Shown piece by piece: positions 49,922 to 62,813 of a stretch of DNA of 64,000 nucleotides (the first letter of the stretch is position 1; each line of letters starts with the position of its first letter). The translations under genes were made by a program, and so were the position numbers. The DNA comes from a bacterium (GTDB taxonomy: Bacteria; DRYD01): NCBI GenBank assembly GCA_030549815.1, contig JAUQQQ010000001.1, positions 90,873 through 154,872 of the forward strand, in the 5' to 3' direction. The notes beneath the pieces were generated by a model. That model was not told where the DNA came from. It was given only the letters and a program-made list of their open reading frames with translations, and ran no database searches.

Positions 49922-50775
49922 TGATAAAAGACTTACCTAAATTTATCTTCAGAATAATAACCAGTTTATTATTAGGGAGCCTATTCATTTATTCAGTTAT
50001 CGGAAACAAATATCTCTTTTATTTATTAGTTATAAGTTTCCAAGTAATTTCTGTGATTGAATTAAGGAGGATATTTCCAAATATAATTGATTCAATCCTG
50101 TGGATTTCTTTAACTTTGTGGATAGATGGAATAGTTTTGATTTATCTTTATAAATATGAGTTAATATCCAATCTTTCGTACTTTAATTATTCAATAGCAT
50201 TTCCATTTATTTTAAGCATCATCATTGTAATGCTCATTATGATAATAAAAAACATAATGAATAGTAAAGAATTTAATAACGAGATAGTTTTAGACAAGAT
50301 AGTTAAAGAGTTTTTTTTATTCTTTTACTTTATAGGGGCACTAACTTTGTCTTTCATTTTGTTTGAAATTAAGAACGGTTTATTATTATTGCTGATAGTT
50401 GTTACAAATTATTCGCATGATATTTTTGCCTATTTTGTTGGTAAAACAGTAGGAAGAACTCCGTTTTTTAATAACATAAGTCCCTCTAAAACTTTTGAAG
50501 GATATTTGGGGGGAGTTTTATTTAGTATTATAATTGGTGTAATTTTAGCTGATAAACTTGATTTATTTACACTGGGTCAATACAAGATATTAGCAATAAT
50601 AATTACGATAGCTTTCCTGTGTGCATTTGGTGATCTTTTTGAATCTTTAATTAAAAGAGTTACAAATATAAAAGAGTCTGGAAAAATAATTTTAGGACAC
50701 GGCGGTGTTTTAGATAGAATAGATAGCTTAGTTTTTTCTATCTTTTTATCAACCACTATTTATTTTTTAATCTAA
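49921..50775 (+). CDS. cdsA: Phosphatidate cytidylyltransferase (CDP-diglyceride synthase)
   Basis: The C-terminal signature is KRVTNIKESGKIILGHGGVLDRIDSLVF. Polytopic membrane protein. Confidence 0.85.
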   Translation: MIKDLPKFIFRIITSLLLGSLFIYSVIGNKYLFYLLVISFQVISVIELRRIFPNIIDSILWISLTLWIDGIVLIYLYKYELISNLSYFNYSIAFPFILSIIIVMLIMIIKNIMNSKEFNNEIVLDKIVKEFFLFFYFIGALTLSFILFEIKNGLLLLLIVVTNYSHDIFAYFVGKTVGRTPFFNNISPSKTFEGYLGGVLFSIIIGVILADKLDLFTLGQYKILAIIITIAFLCAFGDLFESLIKRVTNIKESGKIILGHGGVLDRIDSLVFSIFLSTTIYFLI

Positions 50776-51151
50776 TAAAATGAATTTTCATTAAAATTGA
50801 TTGAATGGCTTTTTATTTCATAACAAGAAATGCTTGCTTTCATTGTATTTTTCACAAACCTTACTTTCAAACATTTCCACCAGCAAGTTTGCCAAACTGT
50901 AATTAAACAAATTTAAACACTCATTTACAATTTCCCTAACTAAAACCTCATTTTCAATTCCAATTCCTCGCTTTTTGTCTATTATCCTTTTACGAAGCTT
51001 TTGTTATTTTGTACTCTTATTTTTTAAACTTCTAAAAAAGATAAAAGGGTTTTGAGATTCTATGTATAATAATATAATAGATAAGATAAAAATTTCAACA
51101 CGAATTAATTTTAGATGAACTTAATTCTAACAAAGGAAGGGGCAAGTTGTT

Positions 51152-53939
<2,788 letters not shown>

Positions 53940-53943
53940 ATTT

Positions 53944-54996
53944 ATGGAAATTAATTGCAAAGTATTGAACAAAACAGAATACATAATATTAAGGTCTCTA
54001 TCTGCTTCCTCTAAAACATACTGGGATCTGTTATTAGAATCTTTTGATACAGCAGCAAATACAATAGCTGCTATAAAAAAGTTGCTACAGGAAAATGTTA
54101 TCAATTACGACGGTAAATATTTTAATCTAACAGAAGAAGGTAAAAAAATACTAAAATCAGTCCTGAAAAAAGAATATGTAGATGTTAGATGTAAAGAATG
54201 TGGAGGAAAAGGTATAAATTCAAATGCTTTTCAAGATTTAGCTAATCAATTTAAAGAAGTAATAAAAGACAGACCCGCAGCTATACCTGAATTCGATCAA
54301 GGAGTAGTTAATCTTGAAACAGTAATTAACAGGATCGCTTTTATGTATAATAAAGGTGATTTGGAAAATAAAGACATAGTCTTAATAGGAGATGACGATT
54401 TAACTTCTATAGCTTTATCTTTAAGCAACTTACCTAATAAAGTTGTAGTTCTTGAAGCAGACGAAAGATTAGTAAATTACATAAATCAAAAAGCAAGAGA
54501 TCTAAATCTGAAAAACCTCGAAGCAATAGTTTATAATGTTGAATGGAAAGTTGAAAAAGATCTTCTTAATTCATTTGATGTATTTTTAACAGACCCTGTC
54601 GAAACTGTCCAAGGAATAACACTATTCATTTCAAGGGGATGTTCAATGCTAAAAGAAAAAGGTGTCCTTTATTTCGGTCTAACACACATAGAAGCATCTT
54701 ATAGCAAATGGTATAAAATACATAGAAACTTGTATGAAATGGGATTTGTTATTACGGATATACTCGATAAATTCCAATTATATGAACTAAACCCTGATGA
54801 TATAGTTTCAAAAGGATATAGAGTATTTACAGAAGCAGGAGTTAAGTTATCTAAACCAGAAAAACCCTGGTATAACTCGGCATTCCATAGGTTAGAATTA
54901 GTTGAAAAAGCAAAACCCTTGTTTGACCCAAATCAAACATATAAATTGGAAAGGGATTTATATTATGATGAAGAAGCATATGTTACTCTCTACTAA
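53944..54996 (+). CDS. BpsA-like aminopropyltransferase (DUF43 family; branched-chain polyamine synthase-like)
   Basis: The IVLIGDDDLTSIALSL (GDDDLxS) motif is diagnostic of the DUF43/BpsA family. A methyltransferase-like Rossmann region follows an N-terminal winged-helix-like region. Confidence 0.6.
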   Translation: MEINCKVLNKTEYIILRSLSASSKTYWDLLLESFDTAANTIAAIKKLLQENVINYDGKYFNLTEEGKKILKSVLKKEYVDVRCKECGGKGINSNAFQDLANQFKEVIKDRPAAIPEFDQGVVNLETVINRIAFMYNKGDLENKDIVLIGDDDLTSIALSLSNLPNKVVVLEADERLVNYINQKARDLNLKNLEAIVYNVEWKVEKDLLNSFDVFLTDPVETVQGITLFISRGCSMLKEKGVLYFGLTHIEASYSKWYKIHRNLYEMGFVITDILDKFQLYELNPDDIVSKGYRVFTEAGVKLSKPEKPWYNSAFHRLELVEKAKPLFDPNQTYKLERDLYYDEEAYVTLY

Positions 54997-55702
54997 CGTT
55001 ATTTTATTAAAAAGAGAAAGTTTTAGCGGTATACTGAATATGAAAATAGATGAATATCTTTTTAACAATTTTGAAAGATTAGTTTCCGAAAATAGTGTAA
55101 TAGTTAGATTTTATCAGTTCTCTAATCATACTGTGACACTCGGATATTCTCAGAAAAGCGTAAGCGAAGAAATATTGAAAATTTTTGATAAATGGTTTTT
55201 CATTAGAAGGATAACAGGAGGAAAAGCAGTTTTCCATTATCCTAAAAGAGACCTAACCCTTTGCCTAATTTCATCATTAAAAAATTTCATTAATTTACCA
55301 AAAGAAAACAAATTATCGTTTATCCATTCGTTTATTAACAATCTGTTGTGGAGTTCTATAGAATTTGAAAATATAAAGGATAAAAATATAAAAACAGAAA
55401 AATCTGAAAAAATAAATTATGTTGCTATAAAGAAATTCGATTGTTTTGAAAACCCTCAAAACTTTGAAAAAACCTATAATGGTAAAAAAGTAATAGGTAC
55501 AGCAATAAAAATATCGAATAACAAGTTTATTGTTCAAGCTAATATAAAACTACAAAATATTTTCGAAGAAATAGATAATAAACTAATAGATAAAATAGAA
55601 AGTAATTTTGTAAAAAAATTATGTAAGAATTACCGTAATGAAAACATTATAGATTTTATCAAAAATTCAAAAGGTTCAACTCATTTTTCTGTTTCCTACT
55701 AA
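54965..55702 (+). CDS. Lipoate-protein ligase/octanoyltransferase family protein (BPL/LPL catalytic domain)
   Basis: IRRITGGKAVFH matches the RRxTGGGAV(Y/F)HD motif. The N-terminus is LplA-like. ATG 54965 overlaps the bpsA end. Confidence 0.6.
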   Translation: MMKKHMLLSTNVILLKRESFSGILNMKIDEYLFNNFERLVSENSVIVRFYQFSNHTVTLGYSQKSVSEEILKIFDKWFFIRRITGGKAVFHYPKRDLTLCLISSLKNFINLPKENKLSFIHSFINNLLWSSIEFENIKDKNIKTEKSEKINYVAIKKFDCFENPQNFEKTYNGKKVIGTAIKISNNKFIVQANIKLQNIFEEIDNKLIDKIESNFVKKLCKNYRNENIIDFIKNSKGSTHFSVSY

Positions 55703-55729
55703 ACATATTTTTTCTTATGAAGGTAGTTT

Positions 55730-56584
55730 ATGGATATTGAGCAAGTAGCGGTCTTTTATAATTCGATAAACGTTGATATCATCACTGTAAAGAATTTTTA
55801 TACCAAGCTGAAAAAAATTTGTAAATGCTTAAAACCTGTGGATATTACAAATAGAAGAGAAGTTTCTTTATTTTTAGAAGCAATGAAAAAAATGAAAAAC
55901 ATAAAAAATATTTTCTTGATTAATTTAGGGGGAGATGGTAGCCTTTTCTCTTCATTATCAATATTAGCAAAAACATTAGAAACTCAAAAAATACACACCA
56001 TTTCTTTCAATTTTGGTAATAAAGGTTTTTATTGTTTTTATCCCAAAAATTTATTGTTCGATTTTTTAGAAGATAAAATCAATATAATGGATATAATAAA
56101 GAATGATTATGAAGAAGAAAATTTTGTTGAGGGGTATTTTTGGTTAGCCAATGAAGAACCTTTTATAGGTGATGTTGTTATTAAGCCATACAACCAATAC
56201 AAAACAATAAGGTTAAGTTATAGAATAGAGGATAAAGAAATAGAGGAAATTTGCGATGGGATAATTGTTTTTACCACTTTTGGAGCAACAGGATATTTTC
56301 TTTCTTTGAATGGAGTATATATAGATAATGGTTTTAAGGATTTAATAGGTTTATCATTTATAGCTCCACACTCTTTAAAACATCGCCCGCACTTGTTAAA
56401 AAATAAAAAAATATCTATTACTAATAAAGACAAGAAAACTGCAATTGTAATAAACGATGGACAAGATAAGTTCCTATTAGAATCAAACAAAACAATAGAA
56501 ATATCAAGATCCGATAAAGAATTCATCCTGATAGGACAAAAAAATACATTCAAAAGATGGGTAGAGATATTTTATGACAAATAA
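55730..56584 (+). CDS. nadK: NAD(+) kinase
   Basis: LGGDGSLF is the GGDGT/S motif, ISFNFGNKGFY is NxGxLGFL-like, and DGIIVFTTFGATGYFLSLNG is the C-terminal DG..TPtGSTAYs.SAGG motif. Confidence 0.75.
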   Translation: MDIEQVAVFYNSINVDIITVKNFYTKLKKICKCLKPVDITNRREVSLFLEAMKKMKNIKNIFLINLGGDGSLFSSLSILAKTLETQKIHTISFNFGNKGFYCFYPKNLLFDFLEDKINIMDIIKNDYEEENFVEGYFWLANEEPFIGDVVIKPYNQYKTIRLSYRIEDKEIEEICDGIIVFTTFGATGYFLSLNGVYIDNGFKDLIGLSFIAPHSLKHRPHLLKNKKISITNKDKKTAIVINDGQDKFLLESNKTIEISRSDKEFILIGQKNTFKRWVEIFYDK

Positions 56585-57947
56585 AAACATAAAAAAAATC
56601 GATGATTTAGCTGAATTAAAAGCAATCCCACTAAATACAATAGTTCCTTTCGATCAAGTTATACAAAACAACACCCTTATCCTTAATTATTCCTCACCTA
56701 ACATAAGACTACTATTCAATTTTATCAACCACTTTGCTTTACAAAAAAATAAACAAAACGAAAGTATAAAAATCATTTGCATAATTCCCCATAAAATAAA
56801 ACATTATGAAGAGTATTTAATATACAACTTGCCATTTCCCATATATCAAATAACAGACTTCTTTAATTTTAACATAAATGAAAACACCGTTTTAACAAAT
56901 GAAAATAATTCGTTAGAAATAATCAATCCTTTTGCTAAATATGATGTAGCTTACATATACAAAAATGAAAATACAATAGACTACTGCATACAGAATGAAA
57001 TCACTCCCCAAGATATAAAAGATATAAGTATTAACTTAACAAACACATTAAATTTTATACCTCATAATTTACACTATTCAACAAAAGATTTTATAGTAAG
57101 TGATTTTAGGAAAGGTAGTTTATTAACCGTTTTAAAGAACGATTCCTTACAATCAAGAATATATCTATATTTACTTGAGATAAACAAAGCTCACAAAATT
57201 CTGGAAATTAAGGATAAAAACTTAATAAAATCGATCGATACAATAATTGTCGATCACAATAAAATAATTCTATCTTTACTATTACCCGACAATAATATCG
57301 TATTTAAAGAATACAATTTCAATAATGATTCTATAGATACAGTCCTTGAATTAGATTTAGAATCGAGTTTCGAAAAATTAAAAAACCTTGACCTAAAAAA
57401 AATAAGAATAGATAGTTCAAATATCGTCGTTTGGGATCACAATACAATACATATTCTAAAACATTTTAATCTAAAGAATATTGAATACTACAATAGTAGT
57501 GGTCAAAAAACCAAACAAACACCAAAACCAACAGATGGAGTATGGAAACAAACAATATGGGGAAACATAAATAATATTCATATAAAAAACAATCTTCTTT
57601 TTGTTGCGGATACAGAATATTCAATGATAAGAATTTTAAACCTTTTAACTGGTCAAAGTCAATCTATGTCATTTACTGGTTTTGAAAAAGAATATGAAAA
57701 ATTGAAAGGCAAAATTTCTTCCGTCTTTAATCACGAAAATAAAATATTTCTAATAGATCTGGATTTCAAAAAAATAAGGTTGGTAACCATTCCTGAATAT
57801 AATGTAAAGACAATATTTTTTGATGAAGATATCAACCTGTATTCCCAAGTATATTATTTACCTTCTATAAATTCTTGCATTTATAATACATTGAAAAAAA
57901 TAGTATTACTTGATCTGTATAGAATGGAAATAAGGGAGGTGGAGTGA
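56574..57947 (+). CDS. Hypothetical protein (possible C-terminal beta-propeller/NHL-like repeats)
   Basis: 457-aa ORF, translationally coupled to nadK. LFVADTEYSMIRILNLLTG resembles the NHL repeat core. Confidence 0.4.
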   Translation: MTNKNIKKIDDLAELKAIPLNTIVPFDQVIQNNTLILNYSSPNIRLLFNFINHFALQKNKQNESIKIICIIPHKIKHYEEYLIYNLPFPIYQITDFFNFNINENTVLTNENNSLEIINPFAKYDVAYIYKNENTIDYCIQNEITPQDIKDISINLTNTLNFIPHNLHYSTKDFIVSDFRKGSLLTVLKNDSLQSRIYLYLLEINKAHKILEIKDKNLIKSIDTIIVDHNKIILSLLLPDNNIVFKEYNFNNDSIDTVLELDLESSFEKLKNLDLKKIRIDSSNIVVWDHNTIHILKHFNLKNIEYYNSSGQKTKQTPKPTDGVWKQTIWGNINNIHIKNNLLFVADTEYSMIRILNLLTGQSQSMSFTGFEKEYEKLKGKISSVFNHENKIFLIDLDFKKIRLVTIPEYNVKTIFFDEDINLYSQVYYLPSINSCIYNTLKKIVLLDLYRMEIREVE

Positions 57948-60359
57948 ATGTTAATAAAAAACTCTATCGATGAAAAATTATTGGACAGTTTCTTCAAAGC
58001 TTATTGCTTTCTAAGCGTTGGAATGATATACTTAAGGGAAAATCCTTTATTAAAAGAGGAATTAGATTTTGGACATATAAAGAGTAGGTTACTTGGACAC
58101 TGGGGTGCAAGCCCAAACATAAGTTTCATCTATACACATTGTAATAGGATAGTTAAAAATTTTGAATTAGAAAACAAGGAATTAGATTGTATGATAGTAG
58201 TAGGTCCTGGGCATGGAGCACCAGGTTATATCTCTCCACTCTATTTAGAAGGAACTTTATCAAAATATTATCCTCAATTTAGTCAAGACGAGGAAGGAAT
58301 GAAAAACTTGTTTAGATCCTTTTCATATCCGGGTGGCCTTGGAAGCCATTGCACACCTGAATTACCCGGCACAATACAAGAAGGAGGAGAATTAGGATAT
58401 ACCCTTTCCCATTCCTTTGGAGCAGTTTTAGATAATCCAAACCTTCTGGTTATATCGATTGTCGGTGATGGAGAAGCAGAAACCGGACCATTAGCAACCT
58501 CATGGCATTTAAATAAGTTTATAAACCCAATAACAGACGGAGCTGTTCTTCCAATACTCTCCTTAAACGGATACAAAATTAATAACCCAACCATATTAGC
58601 CCGTATTGATAATAATGATCTAATCAATCTTTTCAAAGGATATGGTTATGACCCAATAATTGTAGAATACAACGATGAAATACATACTCAAATGATAAAA
58701 GCAATGGATTATTGCATTGAAAAAATAAAAACTATTCAAGAGGATGCAAGAAATAAAAATAAAGCATTTTTTGCAAGGTTTCCGATGATAATTTTAAAAA
58801 CCCCAAAAGGTTGGACTGCTCCTAAAAAAGTAAAAGAGCATTTCATCGAAGGCTATTGGAGATCACATCAAGTACCCCTACAAAATTGCAAAAAAGATAA
58901 AGAAGAATTAAGACTTTTAGAACAGTGGCTTAAAAGTTATGAACCACAAAATTTATTCGAAAACAACGGAAAACCCAAAGATTATTTACTATCATTAATA
59001 CCAAACAAAAAAATCGGTGAAAACATATACTCAAATGGAGGAAGAATAAGAAAACCTTTGAAATTGCCAGAAATTAAAAATTACGCAATAGATATCGATA
59101 AACCAGCAGTGAAAAAACATTCAAATACAATGGCATTAGGGACATTTTTAAAAGATGTCATAAAAGAAAATCCAAGTAATTTTTTAGTTTTTGGACCTGA
59201 TGAAACCGCATCAAACAGACTGTCAAAAGTGTTCGAATTCGGAAAAAAATGGGTACTCGAAAAATTACCACAAGACAATGATGAAGGATTCTTAAATGAA
59301 TTTGGTAGAACAATAGAATTATTATCTGAACACTCTGTAGAAGGTATGTTAGAAGGATACATTCTAACAGGAAGGCACGGATTCTTAAGCACCTACGAAG
59401 GTTTTGCACCAATCATTTCATCAATGGTTAATCAATTTGGCAAATGGATAGATATTTCCTCAGATGTCCCTTTCAGACAACCAATAAGCTCTTTAAATAT
59501 CCTCTTGACTTCTGTTGTTTGGAGACAAGATCATAATGGATTTACTCATCAAGATCCAGGATTCATCAACGCTATCGTTGATAAATGGCCAAAAATAGTA
59601 AGATTATACTTCCCCTGTGATTCAAATACCCTCATTTCATGCGTCTATCATTGCTTACAAACCACAAATAGAATAAATATAATCATTTGCGATAAACAAG
59701 TTCATACCCAATATTTACCAATCGAAGTAGCAGATAAGCACTTTATAAAAGGTATAGGGACCTTTGATTTTATTAGCGACCCCGAAGAGCCAGATGTAGT
59801 AATAGCATCTTGTGGAGATATACCAACTAAAGAAGCATTGGCAGCCTCATTCATAATTAAAGAATTATTCCAAGAAGTAAAAATTAGATTTGTCAATGTG
59901 GTAAATTTATTCAGATTAACACCAGAAAGCGAGCATCCAGATGGCTTAAAAGATGACGAATTCGACCTCTACTTTACAGTAGATAAACCCATAATCTTTA
60001 ACTTTCATGGTTACCCTTGGCTAATACATAGATTAACATATAGGAGAAACAATCACAGAAATCTACATGTAAGGGGATACAGAGAAAACAGAAAAATTGG
60101 GATAGATGCTTATCATCTTGTTCCTTTCCTAAGGGGACGAGGAGGCATTACCACTCCTATGCAATTAGCAATTATAAACCAAATAGATAGATTTAGTATA
60201 GCAATCGACACAATCAAAAGAACTGAGAAAATTAAAAACAAAGGAGCAAAATACATTGATAAACTCAAAAATTTACAAATCGATGCTTTAAAATTTGCTT
60301 ATGAAAACGGGATAGATAAAGAAGAATATGAAGATATATTCAGCCCTAAACTATGGTAG
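57948..60359 (+). CDS. xfp: Phosphoketolase (xylulose-5-P/fructose-6-P phosphoketolase)
   Basis: XFP signatures LLGHWGASPNISFIYTHCNR and GPGHGAPGY (TPP-binding). About 800 aa. Confidence 0.9.
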   Translation: MLIKNSIDEKLLDSFFKAYCFLSVGMIYLRENPLLKEELDFGHIKSRLLGHWGASPNISFIYTHCNRIVKNFELENKELDCMIVVGPGHGAPGYISPLYLEGTLSKYYPQFSQDEEGMKNLFRSFSYPGGLGSHCTPELPGTIQEGGELGYTLSHSFGAVLDNPNLLVISIVGDGEAETGPLATSWHLNKFINPITDGAVLPILSLNGYKINNPTILARIDNNDLINLFKGYGYDPIIVEYNDEIHTQMIKAMDYCIEKIKTIQEDARNKNKAFFARFPMIILKTPKGWTAPKKVKEHFIEGYWRSHQVPLQNCKKDKEELRLLEQWLKSYEPQNLFENNGKPKDYLLSLIPNKKIGENIYSNGGRIRKPLKLPEIKNYAIDIDKPAVKKHSNTMALGTFLKDVIKENPSNFLVFGPDETASNRLSKVFEFGKKWVLEKLPQDNDEGFLNEFGRTIELLSEHSVEGMLEGYILTGRHGFLSTYEGFAPIISSMVNQFGKWIDISSDVPFRQPISSLNILLTSVVWRQDHNGFTHQDPGFINAIVDKWPKIVRLYFPCDSNTLISCVYHCLQTTNRINIIICDKQVHTQYLPIEVADKHFIKGIGTFDFISDPEEPDVVIASCGDIPTKEALAASFIIKELFQEVKIRFVNVVNLFRLTPESEHPDGLKDDEFDLYFTVDKPIIFNFHGYPWLIHRLTYRRNNHRNLHVRGYRENRKIGIDAYHLVPFLRGRGGITTPMQLAIINQIDRFSIAIDTIKRTEKIKNKGAKYIDKLKNLQIDALKFAYENGIDKEEYEDIFSPKLW

Positions 60360-61392
60360 TTCCTCATTAAAAATAGCTATCTTCGCCGTAAACAAATCCC
60401 TTTATGAATTAATAAACAAAAAAAACATTACCTCATTTGACAATATTGAAAATGCAATAGAAGAAAATATTAACCTCTTCATAGACAATAAAGTAGATGT
60501 TTTTGTTCATAGAGTTGTTCATGGTTTAGACTACAAAAATCCTTTCCTTATAAATGATGAAACCATAAAAACTTTGGAATATCTTGCAAAGATTAATCCC
60601 TTACATAACGAATTAGCTTTAAAAGGTATAAAAAAGTTGAGGTCAACTTTCAAGGAAAAACTACACTATGCATTATTTGATACATATTTTCATAATTCCA
60701 TTCCTTCTTATGCCAAAGTATATGGAATAAGTTTAGATTTCTTTAGAAGTGGAGTAAAGAGGTATGGCTTTCATGGAATTTCCTATTCCTACATAGTTCG
60801 AAAAATGAAAGAGATTTTAAACAAAGAAAAAGTTGATTTAATCGTTTTACATTTGGGTGCAGGATGTAGTATATGTGCAATAAAAGAAAACAAAAGCATA
60901 GAAACATCTATGGGATTCTCACCTTTAGAAGGGCTGATAATGCAAAAAAGAAGTGGGGATATGGATATAGGGGTCGTTTTTCATCTCATCCAAAATGGCT
61001 TTAAACCTTTCGACTTTTATTCAAAATGTGGATTTACAGCAATGGCAAATGTTAAAAATTTTATAGAATTAGAAGAAAAATATAAAGCAGGTAATGATGA
61101 TGCAGTATTAACTATGAACGCTTTCGTCCATAGGTTAGTAAAATACATCGGATCATACTATGTTTTGCTTGAAAATTTAGATGGTATCGTATTTACAGGA
61201 GGAATTGGAGAAAATAGCTGGCTATTAAGAAATTTAGTTTGTGAAAAATTGAAAAAAATAGGAATTGAATTAAATGAAGAAAAAAACAAAAATAATGAAC
61301 TTTTAATCTCAACAAGTAAAAGTAAAATCAATGTTTTTGTCATAAAAACAGAGGAAGAAGAGGAAATGGTAAGGATTACTGCCCAACAGTGA
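60328..61392 (+). CDS. ackA: Acetate (or butyrate) kinase
   Basis: NYGSSSLK (phosphate 1), VHRVVHG, FDTYFHNS, RYGFHGISYSY, LHLGAGCSICAIKENKSIETSMGFSPLEG and IVFTGGIGENS. Overlaps the xfp end by 32 nt. Confidence 0.85.
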   Translation: MKIYSALNYGSSSLKIAIFAVNKSLYELINKKNITSFDNIENAIEENINLFIDNKVDVFVHRVVHGLDYKNPFLINDETIKTLEYLAKINPLHNELALKGIKKLRSTFKEKLHYALFDTYFHNSIPSYAKVYGISLDFFRSGVKRYGFHGISYSYIVRKMKEILNKEKVDLIVLHLGAGCSICAIKENKSIETSMGFSPLEGLIMQKRSGDMDIGVVFHLIQNGFKPFDFYSKCGFTAMANVKNFIELEEKYKAGNDDAVLTMNAFVHRLVKYIGSYYVLLENLDGIVFTGGIGENSWLLRNLVCEKLKKIGIELNEEKNKNNELLISTSKSKINVFVIKTEEEEEMVRITAQQ

Positions 61393-62416
61393 ATAATCCA
61401 TAACTCAGTCTTGTTTTCGAACCAACACCATAAAATCCTAAAGCTTTCTCTAATAGCTGTTTTATACTTCCTTCTTTCTCCTCTCCTTCTTTTATAAAAT
61501 CATCCACTTTCTCAACAGTTTTATGATCTATTTTCTTCCAAATTTCATCATCGCTTAGATTATTATTGGATTTATTCTTAATTTTACTTTTAATATTGTC
61601 CCACCTGTGTCGATCAAAGAAAACAACAAATCTAAATCCAATCCCTTTCTTTACAGTGATAAAAAAGATTGGATTAGGATTGTCGGATTCAACTGGATAT
61701 TCTACTTGTTCAGAGTAATATGATGGATAATGAACATTCATAACATCAATATCAAATAGATTTTGATTTATAGAAGGGAAAGCATCGAGAAACAGCAAAA
61801 GCCCCTTAAAATCTTGAGCACCAAATAGCAATTGGTAAAACTGAATCTCCAAATCACCTTCATCTTTAACCTCGCTTAATTGATCATTAAATTTTTCACT
61901 TACATTAAGACCATATTTTTCAAAGATTTTCCAAAAGGCTACACTTCTGCAAACACCTTTAATAGATGTTGATGGTATGTAAGGGATACCATAAGTTCGA
62001 TGCAAGGTTATAGAGGTTTCAAGGACACTGGAAGAGCCTAAACCACAAATTAAGCGAGTCTTGGTCTTTAATTCTTTGTCAAAAATTTTTAAATACCCCT
62101 GATTTTTTAAACCATTACAAATGTTATCTATATCCTTGTAAAATGGTAATCTATCAAAATCTTCCTTTTTAATACTCAATTTAGATATTTTTTTGAAAAA
62201 GTCTTTTTTTACTCTATTATCGAAAACAATATTTCCATCTTTTTCAGATAAAGGAATAAATTTTTCCAATAACAAAGAAAAATTTAGATTATTTCCTTTT
62301 TGTTCGCTTAAATCTTTCCAGATACCTTCAAAATGTCTATTTACAAAGATTTCTTTATTTTGGTTATGTTTATTTTCCTTACTGTGTGTTTTTCCTTTAT
62401 GATCTTTATGATTCAT
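61376..62416 (-). CDS. cmr6: Type III CRISPR-Cas RAMP subunit Cmr6-like
   Basis: RLICGLGSSSVLETSITLHRTYGIPYIPSTSIKGVCRS fits the Cmr6 GLG...G.PYIPGSSlKG..R core. The C-terminal G-rich loop is LGFYGVGSKTRLSYGLF. It is the last gene of the operon, as in III-B. Confidence 0.75.
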   Translation of the reverse strand: MNHKDHKGKTHSKENKHNQNKEIFVNRHFEGIWKDLSEQKGNNLNFSLLLEKFIPLSEKDGNIVFDNRVKKDFFKKISKLSIKKEDFDRLPFYKDIDNICNGLKNQGYLKIFDKELKTKTRLICGLGSSSVLETSITLHRTYGIPYIPSTSIKGVCRSVAFWKIFEKYGLNVSEKFNDQLSEVKDEGDLEIQFYQLLFGAQDFKGLLLFLDAFPSINQNLFDIDVMNVHYPSYYSEQVEYPVESDNPNPIFFITVKKGIGFRFVVFFDRHRWDNIKSKIKNKSNNNLSDDEIWKKIDHKTVEKVDDFIKEGEEKEGSIKQLLEKALGFYGVGSKTRLSYGLFTVGQ

Positions 62417-62417
62417 A

Positions 62418-62807
62418 TTATTCTTCCTCCCTTAATTCTACTTCAGCGATTCGTTTTAACCAGGTAGCAATAAGCAAGACCTGACTACTAACAAACCTCA
62501 AAGTATTTGCATCAATTCTAACCAAAAAATCTAATAAATCTTCATTTTCCTTGAAATTTAATAATTTTTGCTTCTTCAATAATTCTGATACAATCTTATA
62601 TACCTTTCTTTTTTCTTGTTTAGATTTGTAAAAAGCCATTGCAGAAATTAGACCGTTAGATACAATAGTAGAAGGTAATCTTCTTATAGCAGTGAGATAT
62701 TTATCTAATTTTTCATTATTACCCTTGGCATCTTTTTTGATTTCTTTTATTTCACTTAAGCACATTTCAGCAATTTCTTGATTTCTTAATCTCAATTTTG
62801 ATGTCAT
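62418..62807 (-). CDS. cmr5: Type III CRISPR-Cas small subunit Cmr5-like (Cas11 family)
   Basis: 129-aa all-helical protein. RRLPSTIVSNGLISAMAFYKSK fits the Cmr5 LP..I..NGL...AF motif. Positioned between the RAMP genes. Confidence 0.65.
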   Translation of the reverse strand: MTSKLRLRNQEIAEMCLSEIKEIKKDAKGNNEKLDKYLTAIRRLPSTIVSNGLISAMAFYKSKQEKRKVYKIVSELLKKQKLLNFKENEDLLDFLVRIDANTLRFVSSQVLLIATWLKRIAEVELREEE

Positions 62808-62813
62808 CTTTCA

